Shown here in pieces: positions 1 through 11,532 of a stretch of DNA of 64,000 nucleotides. The notes beneath the pieces are model-generated. The model did not search any database. It saw only the letters and a program-made list of their open reading frames with translations, and was not told where the DNA came from. Both the position numbers and the translations under genes were made by a program. Each line of letters opens with the position of its first letter. Position 1 is the first letter of the stretch. Location: NCBI GenBank assembly GCA_965116495.1, contig OZ220696.1, positions 3,680,001-3,744,000 on the forward strand, written 5' to 3'. This DNA comes from Gammaproteobacteria bacterium (GTDB taxonomy: Bacteria; Pseudomonadota; Gammaproteobacteria; Eutrophobiales; Eutrophobiaceae).

Positions 1-89
1 ATGTTTTTGTCAAACGCGCGCCGAATAATGGCGGCGAATAATGTACAATCCAATACCTGACCACCTGAATAATCTTGAAGAGGAACTCC

Positions 90-2027
<1,938 letters not shown>

Positions 2028-2042
2028 TGAAACACTTCCACC

Positions 2043-2067
2043 GGGGACGGAATTCAATTCCGTTCCC
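2043..2067. repeat. GGGGACGGA-type palindromic (REP-like) hairpin after acs, possible terminator
   Basis: GGGGACGGAATTCAATTCCGTTCCC; relatives at 27946, 32753 and 48072. Confidence 0.6.
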
Positions 2068-2113
2068 TACTCCCCGGACGCAGGAAACCGCTGAGAAGCA
2101 GTCTGGATCAGAA

Positions 2114-2275
2114 ATTTTGGGACACCCATGAATTCCTGGGTTCCGGCTTGCGCCGGAACGACGTAGACCGGAATCAATTTGGGACACCCATAAATTGGCA
2201 AACATTATTAATTTGGGACACCCATGAATTGGATGGAATCCAGGAAGAAGAAATTTGGGACACCCTGCACTGAAT
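2114..2275. repeat. Cluster of 21-bp AATTTGGGACACCCATRAATT repeats (4 forward copies, one degenerate) plus a REP hairpin
   Basis: Copies at about 2114, 2176, 2210 and 2252; 2176 to 2210 is 34 bp. Confidence 0.9.
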
Positions 2276-2336
2276 TCCTGCCCTGCCTTAAGGCATGCCG
2301 GGGCATGCTTGCACAGGAGTGGTAACAGAGCATTTA

Positions 2337-3572
2337 ATGACTCAGAAAACCACTGACGGGCAGCCTGGATCCGCACTGTCACCGGACTCGATCGCATCCC
2401 TGAAAGAGTATTTCAGCCTGTGGCTGGAATGCGGGGAGCAGGCGTATGCGGAGATGGCATTTACCGAGGAATACTCCCGCAACTTCGGCGGGCTGGTGAA
2501 TGCTGTCCTGGCCATGCGGCGCGAGTCTGGTGCTGGGGCGGCCGGGTTCGACCTGCCGTTGCCTCCCGGATTTGCCGGGTCGTCCGGCGCCGGCCAGGTT
2601 GACGCCGGTCCCGTTGACGTAGGCCCTTCGGCCAGAGACGAGGTATACCGGGAGGATAAGGTCAGGCTGTACCGTTACAAACCGCTGGTCGCCGATCCTC
2701 ATGGCGTGCCCGTCCTGATCGTCTACGCCCTGGTGAACAGGCCGTACATCATGGACCTGCAGGACGGGCGGTCGCTGGTCCAGGGATTGCTCAGGGCCGA
2801 CCTGGATGTTTACCTGCTTGACTGGGGCTACCCGGACAGGGACGATGCGGCCCTGACCCTGGATGATTACATCAACCGCTACCTGGACAACTCGGTGGAC
2901 GTCATCAGGCAGCGGCATGGCGCTGACCGGGTAAACCTGCTGGGGGTGTGCCAGGGGGGGACGTTCTGTCTCTGTTACACGGCGCTGCGCCAGCACAAGG
3001 TCGCCAACCTGGTGACCAGCGTGACGCCGGTGGACTTTCATACCCGCCGGGACCTGCTCAGCCACCTGGTCCGGCACCTGGACCTGGACCTGGCCGTGGA
3101 CACGCTGGGCAATATACCCGGCGAGTTCCTGAACTGGCTATTCCTGCTGTTGCGGCCATACAAGTTGACCGGCAAGAAATACCTGGACGCGCTGGATATC
3201 CTGGATGACAGGGACAGGCTCGCCATGTTCATGCGCATGGAAAAGTGGATTTTTGACAGCCCCGATCAGGCCGGTGAGGCATGCCGCCAGTTCGCCACGG
3301 ATTTTTACCAGGGCAATAAACTGGTGAAAGGGGAGGTGCGTATCGGCGCGCAACAGGTCGACCTGGAAAAAATAACGATCCCGATACTCAATATCTACGC
3401 GAGCGATGACCACCTGGTCCCGACCGATGCATCCAAAGCCCTGGCCGGCTGCATCAGCAGCGAGGACTACACCGAACTGGAACTGCCCGGCGGACATATC
3501 GGCATCTACGTCGGCGCCGACTCCCAGTCAACTCTCCCCGCCGCCATCAACGACTGGCTCCGGCAAAGGTAA
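2337..3572 (+). CDS. phaC: Class III poly(3-hydroxyalkanoate) synthase PhaC with an N-terminal PhaE-like segment
   Basis: YALVNRPY, lipase box GVCQGG, MEKWIFDSPD, DHLVP and GGHIG motifs; N-terminus resembles the PhaE C-terminal helices. Confidence 0.9.
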   Translation: MTQKTTDGQPGSALSPDSIASLKEYFSLWLECGEQAYAEMAFTEEYSRNFGGLVNAVLAMRRESGAGAAGFDLPLPPGFAGSSGAGQVDAGPVDVGPSARDEVYREDKVRLYRYKPLVADPHGVPVLIVYALVNRPYIMDLQDGRSLVQGLLRADLDVYLLDWGYPDRDDAALTLDDYINRYLDNSVDVIRQRHGADRVNLLGVCQGGTFCLCYTALRQHKVANLVTSVTPVDFHTRRDLLSHLVRHLDLDLAVDTLGNIPGEFLNWLFLLLRPYKLTGKKYLDALDILDDRDRLAMFMRMEKWIFDSPDQAGEACRQFATDFYQGNKLVKGEVRIGAQQVDLEKITIPILNIYASDDHLVPTDASKALAGCISSEDYTELELPGGHIGIYVGADSQSTLPAAINDWLRQR

Positions 3573-3618
3573 ACAGTAACGCATATTTCCCCTCCGTGGC
3601 ATCCTGAATTGACCTCTT

Positions 3619-3812
3619 AATTTGGGACACCCATAAATTTGAGAAATTTCTTAATTTGGGACACTCATAAATTCGGGAAGTGATTTTGGAATTTATGGGT
3701 GTCATAAATTGAGCCACTCCGGGGGATGCTGAAATTTAGCAATTTACGGATGTCCTAAATTGACTCCTCTCCGGGGGTGCTGAAATTTAGCAATTCATGG
3801 GTGTCCCAAATT
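3619..3812. repeat. 21-bp repeat cluster (F,F,R,R,R) with a 51-bp imperfect tandem duplication
   Basis: Copies at 3619, 3653, 3690, 3741 and 3792. Confidence 0.9.
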
Positions 3813-3821
3813 GAGTCCGGG

Positions 3822-4808
3822 TCAGCAGTAGTTGTTGTTGCGGAACCAGTCTATGGCGTCTTCGATGGCCTGGCGGGCGGGGCGGGGGTGGTAGTTGAGG
3901 GTCTGTTTTGCCAGGGTGGAGGAGAAGTACATGTGTTTTTTTGCCATGTTTACGCCGTCCACTGTTGCGAACGGTTCTTTGTTGCTGATCTGTGACCACT
4001 TTTCGGCCAGCCAGGCGAAGGGGTAGACGGCGTTGTGGGGCAGTCTCACTTTCGGGGGCGGCAGGTTTGCGTAGGCGCAGATGGTTTCGAGGATGGTCTT
4101 TAACGTCATGTTTTCTCCGCCCAGGATGTAGCGTCTGCCCGGTTCGCCGTGTGTGAATGCCAGCAGGTGGCCTTTTGCCACGTCGTCCACGTGCGCCACG
4201 TTCAGTCCCGTGTCCACGTAGGCCGGGATTTTTCTTCTCAGGGTATCGACGATGATGCGGCCGGTGGGTGTGGGCTTCACGTCCCGTGGGCCGATCGGTG
4301 TGGACGGGTTGACGGTGACGATGGGCAGGCCTTGTGCTTCGACCATTTCCCGGACGGCCTGCTCGGCCAGGTATTTCGAGCGCTTGTAGTGGCCGACCAT
4401 GTCTTCCAGGGTGACCGGCGTGGTTTCATCGGCTGGACTGCGGTCGCGGTTGATGCCCAGGGTTGCCACGCTGCTGGTATACACCATTCTGCTGACGCCT
4501 GCGTCCGCGGCCTGGCGCAACAGGTCCCGGGTGCCGTCGACGTTGGTCCGGTACATGCGTGCCGGGTCGGTTATCCACAGGCGGTAGTCGGCGGCGACGT
4601 GGAACAGGTAGTTGCAACCGCTGACGGCCCGTTGCAGGGAGGCGGCATCGGTGAGGTCGCCTTCAACCAGGGTGATGTCCAGTTGTTCCAGGTTGCGCCG
4701 GTCGCTGCCGGGCCTGACCAGGGCCTTCACTTCATGGCCTTGTTGCAGCAGTTCCCGTACCAGCGCCGACCCGACGAAGCCGTTGGCGCCGGTAATCAGG
4801 GTGGTCAT
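3822..4808 (-). CDS. hpnA: Hopanoid-associated NAD-dependent epimerase/dehydratase
   Basis: TGANGFVG, HVAADYRLW, YKRSK and PRDVKPTPTG; hopanoid gene context. Confidence 0.88.
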   Translation of the reverse strand: MTTLITGANGFVGSALVRELLQQGHEVKALVRPGSDRRNLEQLDITLVEGDLTDAASLQRAVSGCNYLFHVAADYRLWITDPARMYRTNVDGTRDLLRQAADAGVSRMVYTSSVATLGINRDRSPADETTPVTLEDMVGHYKRSKYLAEQAVREMVEAQGLPIVTVNPSTPIGPRDVKPTPTGRIIVDTLRRKIPAYVDTGLNVAHVDDVAKGHLLAFTHGEPGRRYILGGENMTLKTILETICAYANLPPPKVRLPHNAVYPFAWLAEKWSQISNKEPFATVDGVNMAKKHMYFSSTLAKQTLNYHPRPARQAIEDAIDWFRNNNYC

Positions 4809-5404
4809 TTATGCTTGAGCCTGAGGTAGTCGCGCAGGGTCCACAATGCGAACGCAGGCGCGCCGACCGTGGCCATGATGAGGAACGGGTACAGCACATC
4901 GAAAAACGTGACCAGCGGCAGCAGGTAGAAGACGTCTTCGATCTCGAACAGTCCGATATTGGGTTGAGCGATCTGTTCTTTGCCCAGCATGTTGCCGATC
5001 ATCAGGCGCAACTGGAAAATGGCGGCCACCGACACGCCGGCGAAAATCCCCATGGGTAACGCCCAGGTTCCCAGGGGGCCGTGCATCAGGCAGATGCCTA
5101 TGCCCACGAACAGCAGGATGTCGACGACGGCGTCGCTGGCGAGGTCGTAGAAATGTCCGAACCTGCTCGTCTTGCCGGTAATCCTGGCCAGTTCACCGTC
5201 GGTGTGGTCGAGGAAGTTGGATAAGGCGAAGAACAGCGCGCCGGCGTTGACCAGGTTTGGCTCACCAGTGCTGAGCAGTACGCAGGCGATGACACCGGTA
5301 AGCAGCCGCGCCGTGGTGAGGTGGTTGGGCGTGATCGCGGAATCCCGCAACGGATTAACGAGTCTGGCAGCCAGTCTGGCGTCAAGCGGTTTATTTTCCG
5401 GCAT
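4805..5404 (-). CDS. CDP-alcohol phosphatidyltransferase family protein
   Basis: TPNHLT and the DHTDGELARx8GHFYDxxxD signature; overlaps the hpnA start by 4 nt. Confidence 0.92.
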   Translation of the reverse strand: MPENKPLDARLAARLVNPLRDSAITPNHLTTARLLTGVIACVLLSTGEPNLVNAGALFFALSNFLDHTDGELARITGKTSRFGHFYDLASDAVVDILLFVGIGICLMHGPLGTWALPMGIFAGVSVAAIFQLRLMIGNMLGKEQIAQPNIGLFEIEDVFYLLPLVTFFDVLYPFLIMATVGAPAFALWTLRDYLRLKHK

Positions 5405-5455
5405 GGGGAGAATTCAGGGCTGCTTCCATAACGCCGCAAAGTATATCATCGTATC

Positions 5456-5550
5456 AATTCAGGACACCCATAAATTGCGGCTTAATTTGGGACACCCATG
5501 AATTTAGCACTCCCAAGTTGATCCTGCCAAATTTATGGGTGTCCCAAATT
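5456..5550. repeat. 21-bp repeat cluster (F,F,R)
   Basis: Copies at about 5456, 5484 and 5530. Confidence 0.88.
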
Positions 5551-5583
5551 GGGGGGGTCAGGTCGGGCTGACTGTGAGAGATG

Positions 5584-8310
5584 TCAGCGGGTCCTGGTGG
5601 CTACGGTGAGCAGGGCGGGCAGGACCAGCAGCATGCAGGCGAGGGTGACGCCGATGCCCAGGGTCAGCAACATGCCCATGCTGGCCGTGCCGGCGTGCGG
5701 GGAGAGGGCGAGGTTGCCGACTCCGCCCATCGTGGTCAGGGAGCTGACCACCACGGCGCGGGCGGAACTGGTGGCCAGGATGTTTTTCCCGTCCGGCAGG
5801 TCGGTCCGGAACCGGTGGATGATATGGATGCCGCTGTCCACGCCTATCCCCAGCAATAACGGCAGGGCGATCACGTTGGCGAAGTTGAACGGGAGGCCGG
5901 CCAGCACGCTGATGCCGCCCGTTATCACGGCTGCCATGAGCAGGGGGATCAATACCAGGAACACGTCTTTTTTACGGGCAAGAAGTATGTACAACATGAT
6001 CGTGATGGCGATGAAGGCGTACAGGAATGCCTGCCTGAACGCGGTGGCCACCGCGTCGCTGGCCTCCAGGTTCATGACCGGCGCGCCGGTAACCTCGGGT
6101 GAAACGGACTGGATGGCGCGGACGAATTCCCTTAATGCCGTATCGTCCTGCATGTCCTGTTTCGGGTAGATCTCGATACGGCGCCGGCCGTCGGCGCTGA
6201 GCCAGAGGCGTTTCAGCGGGGCAGGCAGGTTGTCCAGGGATATATAATCGGCATCCAGGGACGCATTCAACGCATCCAGGCGCCCGGGCAGGGACGCCAG
6301 CAGCGCATGCTCCAGCTGCGCCAGTTTCTCCGGGCTGTTGTTGCTGCCGCCATTTCCGCCGGTCGCGCCATCGCCGTCATTCCTGCTGTTACTGTCATTT
6401 CCGCCATCCCCGCGCAAACGGGAATCCTTCTCCGCCCACAGGAGCATGTCCTGTTCCGCCAGCAGCACGGCCAGGTTCTCGCGCAACGTTGCCATGACCG
6501 GGTCATCCGTCCCGTGTTCCTGCAATTTCTGCTGGAAGGCGCGCAGCGCGGCCAGGCGTGCGCCGTGGCTTTGCGTTTCGGCATGGGGTTGCGCGGCGAC
6601 GGACAGATCGCCCAGCAGCAGGCTCATTTCATCGATGATATCCAGTTTTTCATCCTGGTCAGCGGGGATCAAATCCGCCACCGAGACGACTTTTTCGACC
6701 TCGTCCCGGTGCGCGAACTGTTCTCGGTACCTGGCTTCCTGTGCCGCGTCGGCGGCGATCATGATCCCGGTCCAGGGGGTCAGGTCATGGTCCGCGAGCA
6801 GTTGCCGGAAGGTTGCCAGCGCGGCGCCGTCCTGGTCGTGCAGGTTGAGCGTGTTGTGGTCGAAACGTATGCCGGTGAGCAGCAGGCCGGAGACCAGGGT
6901 GAGGAAGGTCGCGCCGCCCAGGATCTTGCCGGGGTAGTGTTCGACCAGCCGCCCTGCGTGCACGGGCCGGACCGTTGCGCCGGGTCTGAGAGGCAGGAGA
7001 GAGAGCAGCGCCGGTATGACCGTCAGGGTGACCACGAAACTGATGAACATGCCGAACCCGGAAATCCAGCCGAGCTCTGCGACGCCCGTGTAGTCGGTGG
7101 GGATGAAGGCAAAAAAACCGATGGCGGTGCTGACCGCGCACAGGAACAACGATCCGCCGACGTTGGCAGAGGTCTGCTGCAATGCGTTGCGGCCGTCGGC
7201 GCCGCCGGTGATGTGTTCCCGGTAGCGCAGGCAGTAGTGGATGGCGAAATCGACCCCCAGGCCGATGTACAGCACGGCAAACGCTACGGAGATCAGGTTC
7301 AGTTCGCCGACCGTGAGGGTGGCGAAGGCGGCGGTGAACAGCAGGCCCGTGACCAGGCTGGTCACGGTGACCAGCGCCAGTTTGACGGAGCCCAGGCCGG
7401 CCAGCAGGATGACCGTCACCAGGCCCAGGGCGAGGAGCGCGGCCGTTCTGGTGCCTTTCATCACGCTCAGCATCTCTTCGTGCGCCAGCACCGTGGCGCC
7501 GGTCAGCCGGATCTGCGCGCCCGGGGCTGAGGCGATGTCCAGGTCTTCATACACCTGGTGGATCGTGTCGATGGCGGCGGTTGCCGGGAAAAAGCCGCCG
7601 TAGTCCAGCTTCGGTTGCGTCAGGATGAACTCCCGGTAGGTGGATTTCCCCGCACCGGCGCCCGGCGGGCCGGCTTCGTCCGGCCTGTCCCCCGACATCA
7701 GCTCCTGCCATGACAGGCGGTAGGGTCTGCCGTCCTGCAGCGCCTCGACTGCGGCATTGATGCGGGTGAGGACGGGGTCGATATCCACCTGTTCCCCGTC
7801 GGCGCGGGCATCGAGCGCATCGGCCAGTACCTCCAGCAGGCCGCGCAGGGAGGGGTCGCGGGCCAGCCTTGCCAGGAACGGCTGGACCTCGGCGAGGTTG
7901 TCGGACAGGTCCTGGAGTTCCCCGCTATCCAGGTAGAGCAGGCCCGATTCCCTGAACACTGCCAGGGCATGGGGGTAAAACACGAATTCGAACAAGGCCT
8001 GTTCCGGTTGCAGGCGCTCGTAGAGTAACGCGGCGGCGTCCCGGGCCTGGTCCGGCGTCGCGGCCTCCACGACGATAAGGATGTTGTTATCGTATTGCGG
8101 GAACAGTCTTTCGTACTCCTGGTCCAGCTTGCGCCAGATAAGCTCCTCGGACAGCATATCCTCGGTGTCGGTGTTCATGCTGAGATTGTCCACGGTATAG
8201 CGCATGGCAAAGAAGGCAAGGGCGAACACCGCCACCAGCACCAGCGCGCCGTTTGTGCGGACAAAGCCGACCCATTTGAGCAGCAGCGCGGCTGAGAATT
8301 GCTTGATCAT
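5584..8310 (-). CDS. hpnN: Hopanoid transporter, MMPL/RND family
   Basis: 908 aa with two transmembrane blocks, IGLGVDFAIH and LLLGIGVDSGIH; hopanoid context. Confidence 0.9.
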   Translation of the reverse strand: MIKQFSAALLLKWVGFVRTNGALVLVAVFALAFFAMRYTVDNLSMNTDTEDMLSEELIWRKLDQEYERLFPQYDNNILIVVEAATPDQARDAAALLYERLQPEQALFEFVFYPHALAVFRESGLLYLDSGELQDLSDNLAEVQPFLARLARDPSLRGLLEVLADALDARADGEQVDIDPVLTRINAAVEALQDGRPYRLSWQELMSGDRPDEAGPPGAGAGKSTYREFILTQPKLDYGGFFPATAAIDTIHQVYEDLDIASAPGAQIRLTGATVLAHEEMLSVMKGTRTAALLALGLVTVILLAGLGSVKLALVTVTSLVTGLLFTAAFATLTVGELNLISVAFAVLYIGLGVDFAIHYCLRYREHITGGADGRNALQQTSANVGGSLFLCAVSTAIGFFAFIPTDYTGVAELGWISGFGMFISFVVTLTVIPALLSLLPLRPGATVRPVHAGRLVEHYPGKILGGATFLTLVSGLLLTGIRFDHNTLNLHDQDGAALATFRQLLADHDLTPWTGIMIAADAAQEARYREQFAHRDEVEKVVSVADLIPADQDEKLDIIDEMSLLLGDLSVAAQPHAETQSHGARLAALRAFQQKLQEHGTDDPVMATLRENLAVLLAEQDMLLWAEKDSRLRGDGGNDSNSRNDGDGATGGNGGSNNSPEKLAQLEHALLASLPGRLDALNASLDADYISLDNLPAPLKRLWLSADGRRRIEIYPKQDMQDDTALREFVRAIQSVSPEVTGAPVMNLEASDAVATAFRQAFLYAFIAITIMLYILLARKKDVFLVLIPLLMAAVITGGISVLAGLPFNFANVIALPLLLGIGVDSGIHIIHRFRTDLPDGKNILATSSARAVVVSSLTTMGGVGNLALSPHAGTASMGMLLTLGIGVTLACMLLVLPALLTVATRTR

Positions 8311-8348
8311 CTTATGAAAATACCATCATCAAAACCCGCTGTCGGGCC

Positions 8349-8461
8349 AATTTGGGACACCCATAAATTTCCAATCCGTGCTAATTTGGGACACCCATAA
8401 ATTTCCAATTCATGAGTGTCCCAAATTAGCGCAAATTCCCAATTCATGGGTGTCCCAAATT
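8349..8461. repeat. 21-bp repeat cluster (F,F,R,R)
   Basis: Copies at 8349, 8383, 8407 and 8441. Confidence 0.92.
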
Positions 8462-8540
8462 AAGAAAGGAAATCCGGCCTGGGGGTCGGCGGCATGATGA
8501 TCGGGATGGCCGCCTTCATGACGGCAATGGCAGCAGCCTT

Positions 8541-9281
8541 TCAGACCCGGAATACGTATTCCTTGCCTGGTTCTCTCTCACAGTCCGGCGGGTAGCTTTT
8601 GCGTTTGTCGATGTAGTACTCGCGCCTGTGGTCGCCTTCGGACAGCCTGTTATAGGTGACGTAGAGCACTCGCCTGGGATTGCCGGTCAGGTTCTCCTTG
8701 GAGCGGTGCGGGGCGAAGGAATCGAAAAAAATCGTGTCGCCGGGTTGCGTGGGAATGGGGGTGTAGTCCAGGGCGTCTTCCTCCAGGGGCGTCCATCTCT
8801 CGCCTATCAGTCCCCGGGTATGCTGGCCCGGGGCCATTTCCATGCAGCCGTTCTCCAGGGTGCAGTCGTCGATGCTGACCAGGGCCGTGATATGCAGCCC
8901 GGCATAGGTATCCCACCCGGCCTGGACGTCCTGGTGGGCCTTGAAACCGGCGCCTCCGGGCAGTTTGAAATTGATTTTGTCCTTGTACAGTACGGCCTCT
9001 GTGCCGAACAGGCGCGTGCAGACGCCTTTTAATTTTTCACCGTTGAAGACACGGCTGAACTGCTCGTGGTACGGTTCGATATCTTCCACGCGGCTCAGGA
9101 TGCGGCCGCCGTTCAGCCTGCTTTCCTCGAAGTACATCATGTATTTTCCCGACAGCTCGGGATAATCCATGACCTCGTCGGTCCAGCGGGTCAAGTCCGT
9201 TATTTCGTTGCTGTCAAACAGCCCGCGGTAAACCAGGAACCCGTCGCGCTGAAAGTCTTCAACTTGTTGTTCTGTGAGCAT
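8541..9281 (-). CDS. Fe(II)/2-oxoglutarate dioxygenase of the PhyH family, PhnY-like (2-aminoethylphosphonate hydroxylase-like)
   Basis: KDKINFKLPGGAGFKAHQD, PHRS and YNRLSEG...KRKSYPP match my recollection of PhnY. Confidence 0.75.
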   Translation of the reverse strand: MLTEQQVEDFQRDGFLVYRGLFDSNEITDLTRWTDEVMDYPELSGKYMMYFEESRLNGGRILSRVEDIEPYHEQFSRVFNGEKLKGVCTRLFGTEAVLYKDKINFKLPGGAGFKAHQDVQAGWDTYAGLHITALVSIDDCTLENGCMEMAPGQHTRGLIGERWTPLEEDALDYTPIPTQPGDTIFFDSFAPHRSKENLTGNPRRVLYVTYNRLSEGDHRREYYIDKRKSYPPDCEREPGKEYVFRV

Positions 9282-9325
9282 TATGTTCAGGTTTTCATGC
9301 TAAAAATACATACTTATAAACTAGT

Positions 9326-10195
9326 TCAGCCGTTTTGACAAGCCTCGGCGGAGGATGGCGGATGAAGGGCGATGTCAAGCAACTCCCGTGCGACCAGTCC
9401 CATGGTTTTCCCGGCCTGGCGGGAGGCCCGCGCCAGGCGCACCAGGTCCGGAATTTGGCCGGGGGACGTGGCCAGCCTGAGTCCCAGGGCCAGGCCGTTG
9501 AGCCTGCCGTAGGCATCGACCCGGCGCAGGACAATCTCGGGCAGCGCCAGGTCGGCAGGGTCGACAATGACGCGCGCAACGCAACCCTGCAGGCCGTTTT
9601 CCTGCGCCGCCTCGAGCACACCGGCGCTCTCCATGTCCACCGCGGTTGCCCCTGTCCGTTCAAACAGCCGCTGTTTGCCGGCGCTGCTTGAGACTACCTC
9701 GTCCGTGCATGCCAGCGGGCCTGTATGGACGTGGATGTTCTGCCTGGATAGCCGTTGTCCTGCCTGTGCGGGCAGGGCGGCGTTCACGGCGTATCTTACG
9801 GAGTGGACTGCACCCTGCTGTTCCTGCAATCCCGGGCCGGCCGTATCAGCCGCTACGGCTATGCTGTGTTTTCCGTTAGCTTCCTGGCCACCGGTAGCTG
9901 GATTTACCAATCCGGCCAGTTTGCTTTTCCCGACACAAATAATTTCCTGGGGCAGCACCAGGTCGCCCGGCCTGAGCGCCGGGGACAGGGCGCCTGCGGT
10001 GCCGAAACTGACCAGGCAGTCCACGTCTTCCCCGGCCAATGCCAGCGCTGCCTGTTTCGCCCTGTCACGGCCCATGCCGGACAGGATCATGAAAGTCCGT
10101 TCATTCAGCCTCACGGGTTGCCGGACCGGCAGTTTCCCCCGCATAAAGCAGGACGCCTCAACATAAAGCGCACAGACTATTCCGATACGGTTCAT
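9326..10195 (-). CDS. hpnG: Hopanoid-associated nucleoside phosphorylase, with an internal insertion
   Basis: SGMG, SFGTAGAL, AVDMESA and RVIVDP (PNP_UDP fold); hopanoid context. Confidence 0.8.
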   Translation of the reverse strand: MNRIGIVCALYVEASCFMRGKLPVRQPVRLNERTFMILSGMGRDRAKQAALALAGEDVDCLVSFGTAGALSPALRPGDLVLPQEIICVGKSKLAGLVNPATGGQEANGKHSIAVAADTAGPGLQEQQGAVHSVRYAVNAALPAQAGQRLSRQNIHVHTGPLACTDEVVSSSAGKQRLFERTGATAVDMESAGVLEAAQENGLQGCVARVIVDPADLALPEIVLRRVDAYGRLNGLALGLRLATSPGQIPDLVRLARASRQAGKTMGLVARELLDIALHPPSSAEACQNG

Positions 10196-10204
10196 CGGTT
10201 CAGT

Positions 10205-10383
10205 TTCACCCCCAAAAAGACCATTCTAAGCGCAATTATCGCTTCGTCTCAGTATTTATTCCCAATACAATCAATAGGTTATAGAGATTCATCGGGGTCA
10301 GACCAGAGCCGGATCAGACCAGAGCCGGAGCATAGACAGCGTTTTTCACCCCCCAAAACACCCTTCCAAGCGCAATTATCGCC
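10205..10383. repeat. Imperfect direct repeat of about 38 bp flanking TCAGACCAGAGCCGGA duplicates
   Basis: TTCACCCCCAAAA...AAGCGCAATTATCGC at about 10205 and 10345. Confidence 0.65.
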
Positions 10384-10428
10384 CCGTATTGATATTTATA
10401 GCTATTATAATCAATGGGTTATGCGGAT

Positions 10429-11469
10429 TCATCCCGGTCCGGCCCGCGCCGGCGCAGGCAGGCCGGCGGAGAGGAGGTTGAACAGCCATCTCAGGAAGAA
10501 ATCGTGTCTCGTGAGCAGGTTCGTGGAGATAATCGTGGCTTTCACGGAGCGGCGGGTGATTTTCACCTCTTCCCCGGAGGTAAAGGTGCGATGGCTGTTG
10601 ATCTTGCGCAGGGTGAGTACCGCCATGCCCAGCGCCCACAGGCAGAAACGCCTGATCCCGACTTCGTGCGCGGGCAGCAACAGCGTGTAGTTCAAGGCGT
10701 TGTCAAGGTGCCCGCGGGCGACGCCGAGCAGGTGTCCCAGCGCCTGCTGGAATTCTTTTCCGTTATGCAAAGGGGTATCGCTGTTCAGGCGCACACCGTA
10801 GCTCTCCAGTACTGATTGCGGCAGCCAGCACATGTTGCGTTTCTGATCATCCCAGATATCCTTGAGGATATTCGTCATCTGCAGGCCCTGGCCGAAGGAG
10901 ACCGCCAGTTGCATCATCTCATCGTAGTGCTGGTTGATGGCGCTGGAATAATCGCAGAACAATTCGGTCAGCATTTCACCCACCACGCCTGCTACGTAAT
11001 AACAGTAGTTGTCCATATCCCGCTGGTCTTTCAGCCCGTTTGCCACGTTCGCCTCCTGGTACCTGGTCATGCCATCCGCCATGATGCGGATGCAACGATG
11101 CAATGCCGCCTGCTGGCGCTGGTTGAAGCTGTGGGTGACCCTGATGACTGCCGGGGTGTTCTGTATCAGGTCGCGCTCGCCGGCAGTTGCGGTGGGTGAT
11201 AACCGGGGATACAGGTCCCGGGAAAATTGTTGCGCATCCTCTGTGCCGGCTACTACCCGGATAAACCGTTCCGAGAATTGCTGTTTATCTTCGTATGGCA
11301 GGTGTTTGTCGTCTTCTATGGTATCGGCAGTCCGGCATAGCAGGTAGGCGTTGCCGACCACCCGCGCCAGCGGCGCCGGCAGTTGCGGAATGGTCAGGGC
11401 GAAAGTGCGGGAAACATCCTGGAGGATCCGGTCCTGGTAGGCCAGGTCTGCTGTCGCCGGTGGGTTCAT
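10429..11469 (-). CDS. Squalene synthase (single-enzyme farnesyl-diphosphate farnesyltransferase type)
   Basis: VSRTFALTI, YLLCRTADTIEDD, YCYYVAGVVG and GLQMTNILKD. Confidence 0.9.
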   Translation of the reverse strand: MNPPATADLAYQDRILQDVSRTFALTIPQLPAPLARVVGNAYLLCRTADTIEDDKHLPYEDKQQFSERFIRVVAGTEDAQQFSRDLYPRLSPTATAGERDLIQNTPAVIRVTHSFNQRQQAALHRCIRIMADGMTRYQEANVANGLKDQRDMDNYCYYVAGVVGEMLTELFCDYSSAINQHYDEMMQLAVSFGQGLQMTNILKDIWDDQKRNMCWLPQSVLESYGVRLNSDTPLHNGKEFQQALGHLLGVARGHLDNALNYTLLLPAHEVGIRRFCLWALGMAVLTLRKINSHRTFTSGEEVKITRRSVKATIISTNLLTRHDFFLRWLFNLLSAGLPAPARAGPG

Positions 11470-11532
11470 AACCTCATCAATATGCCAACTATCGGGTATG
11501 AAGGCAAGTTTTTGCCCAATTCATGGGAGCTT

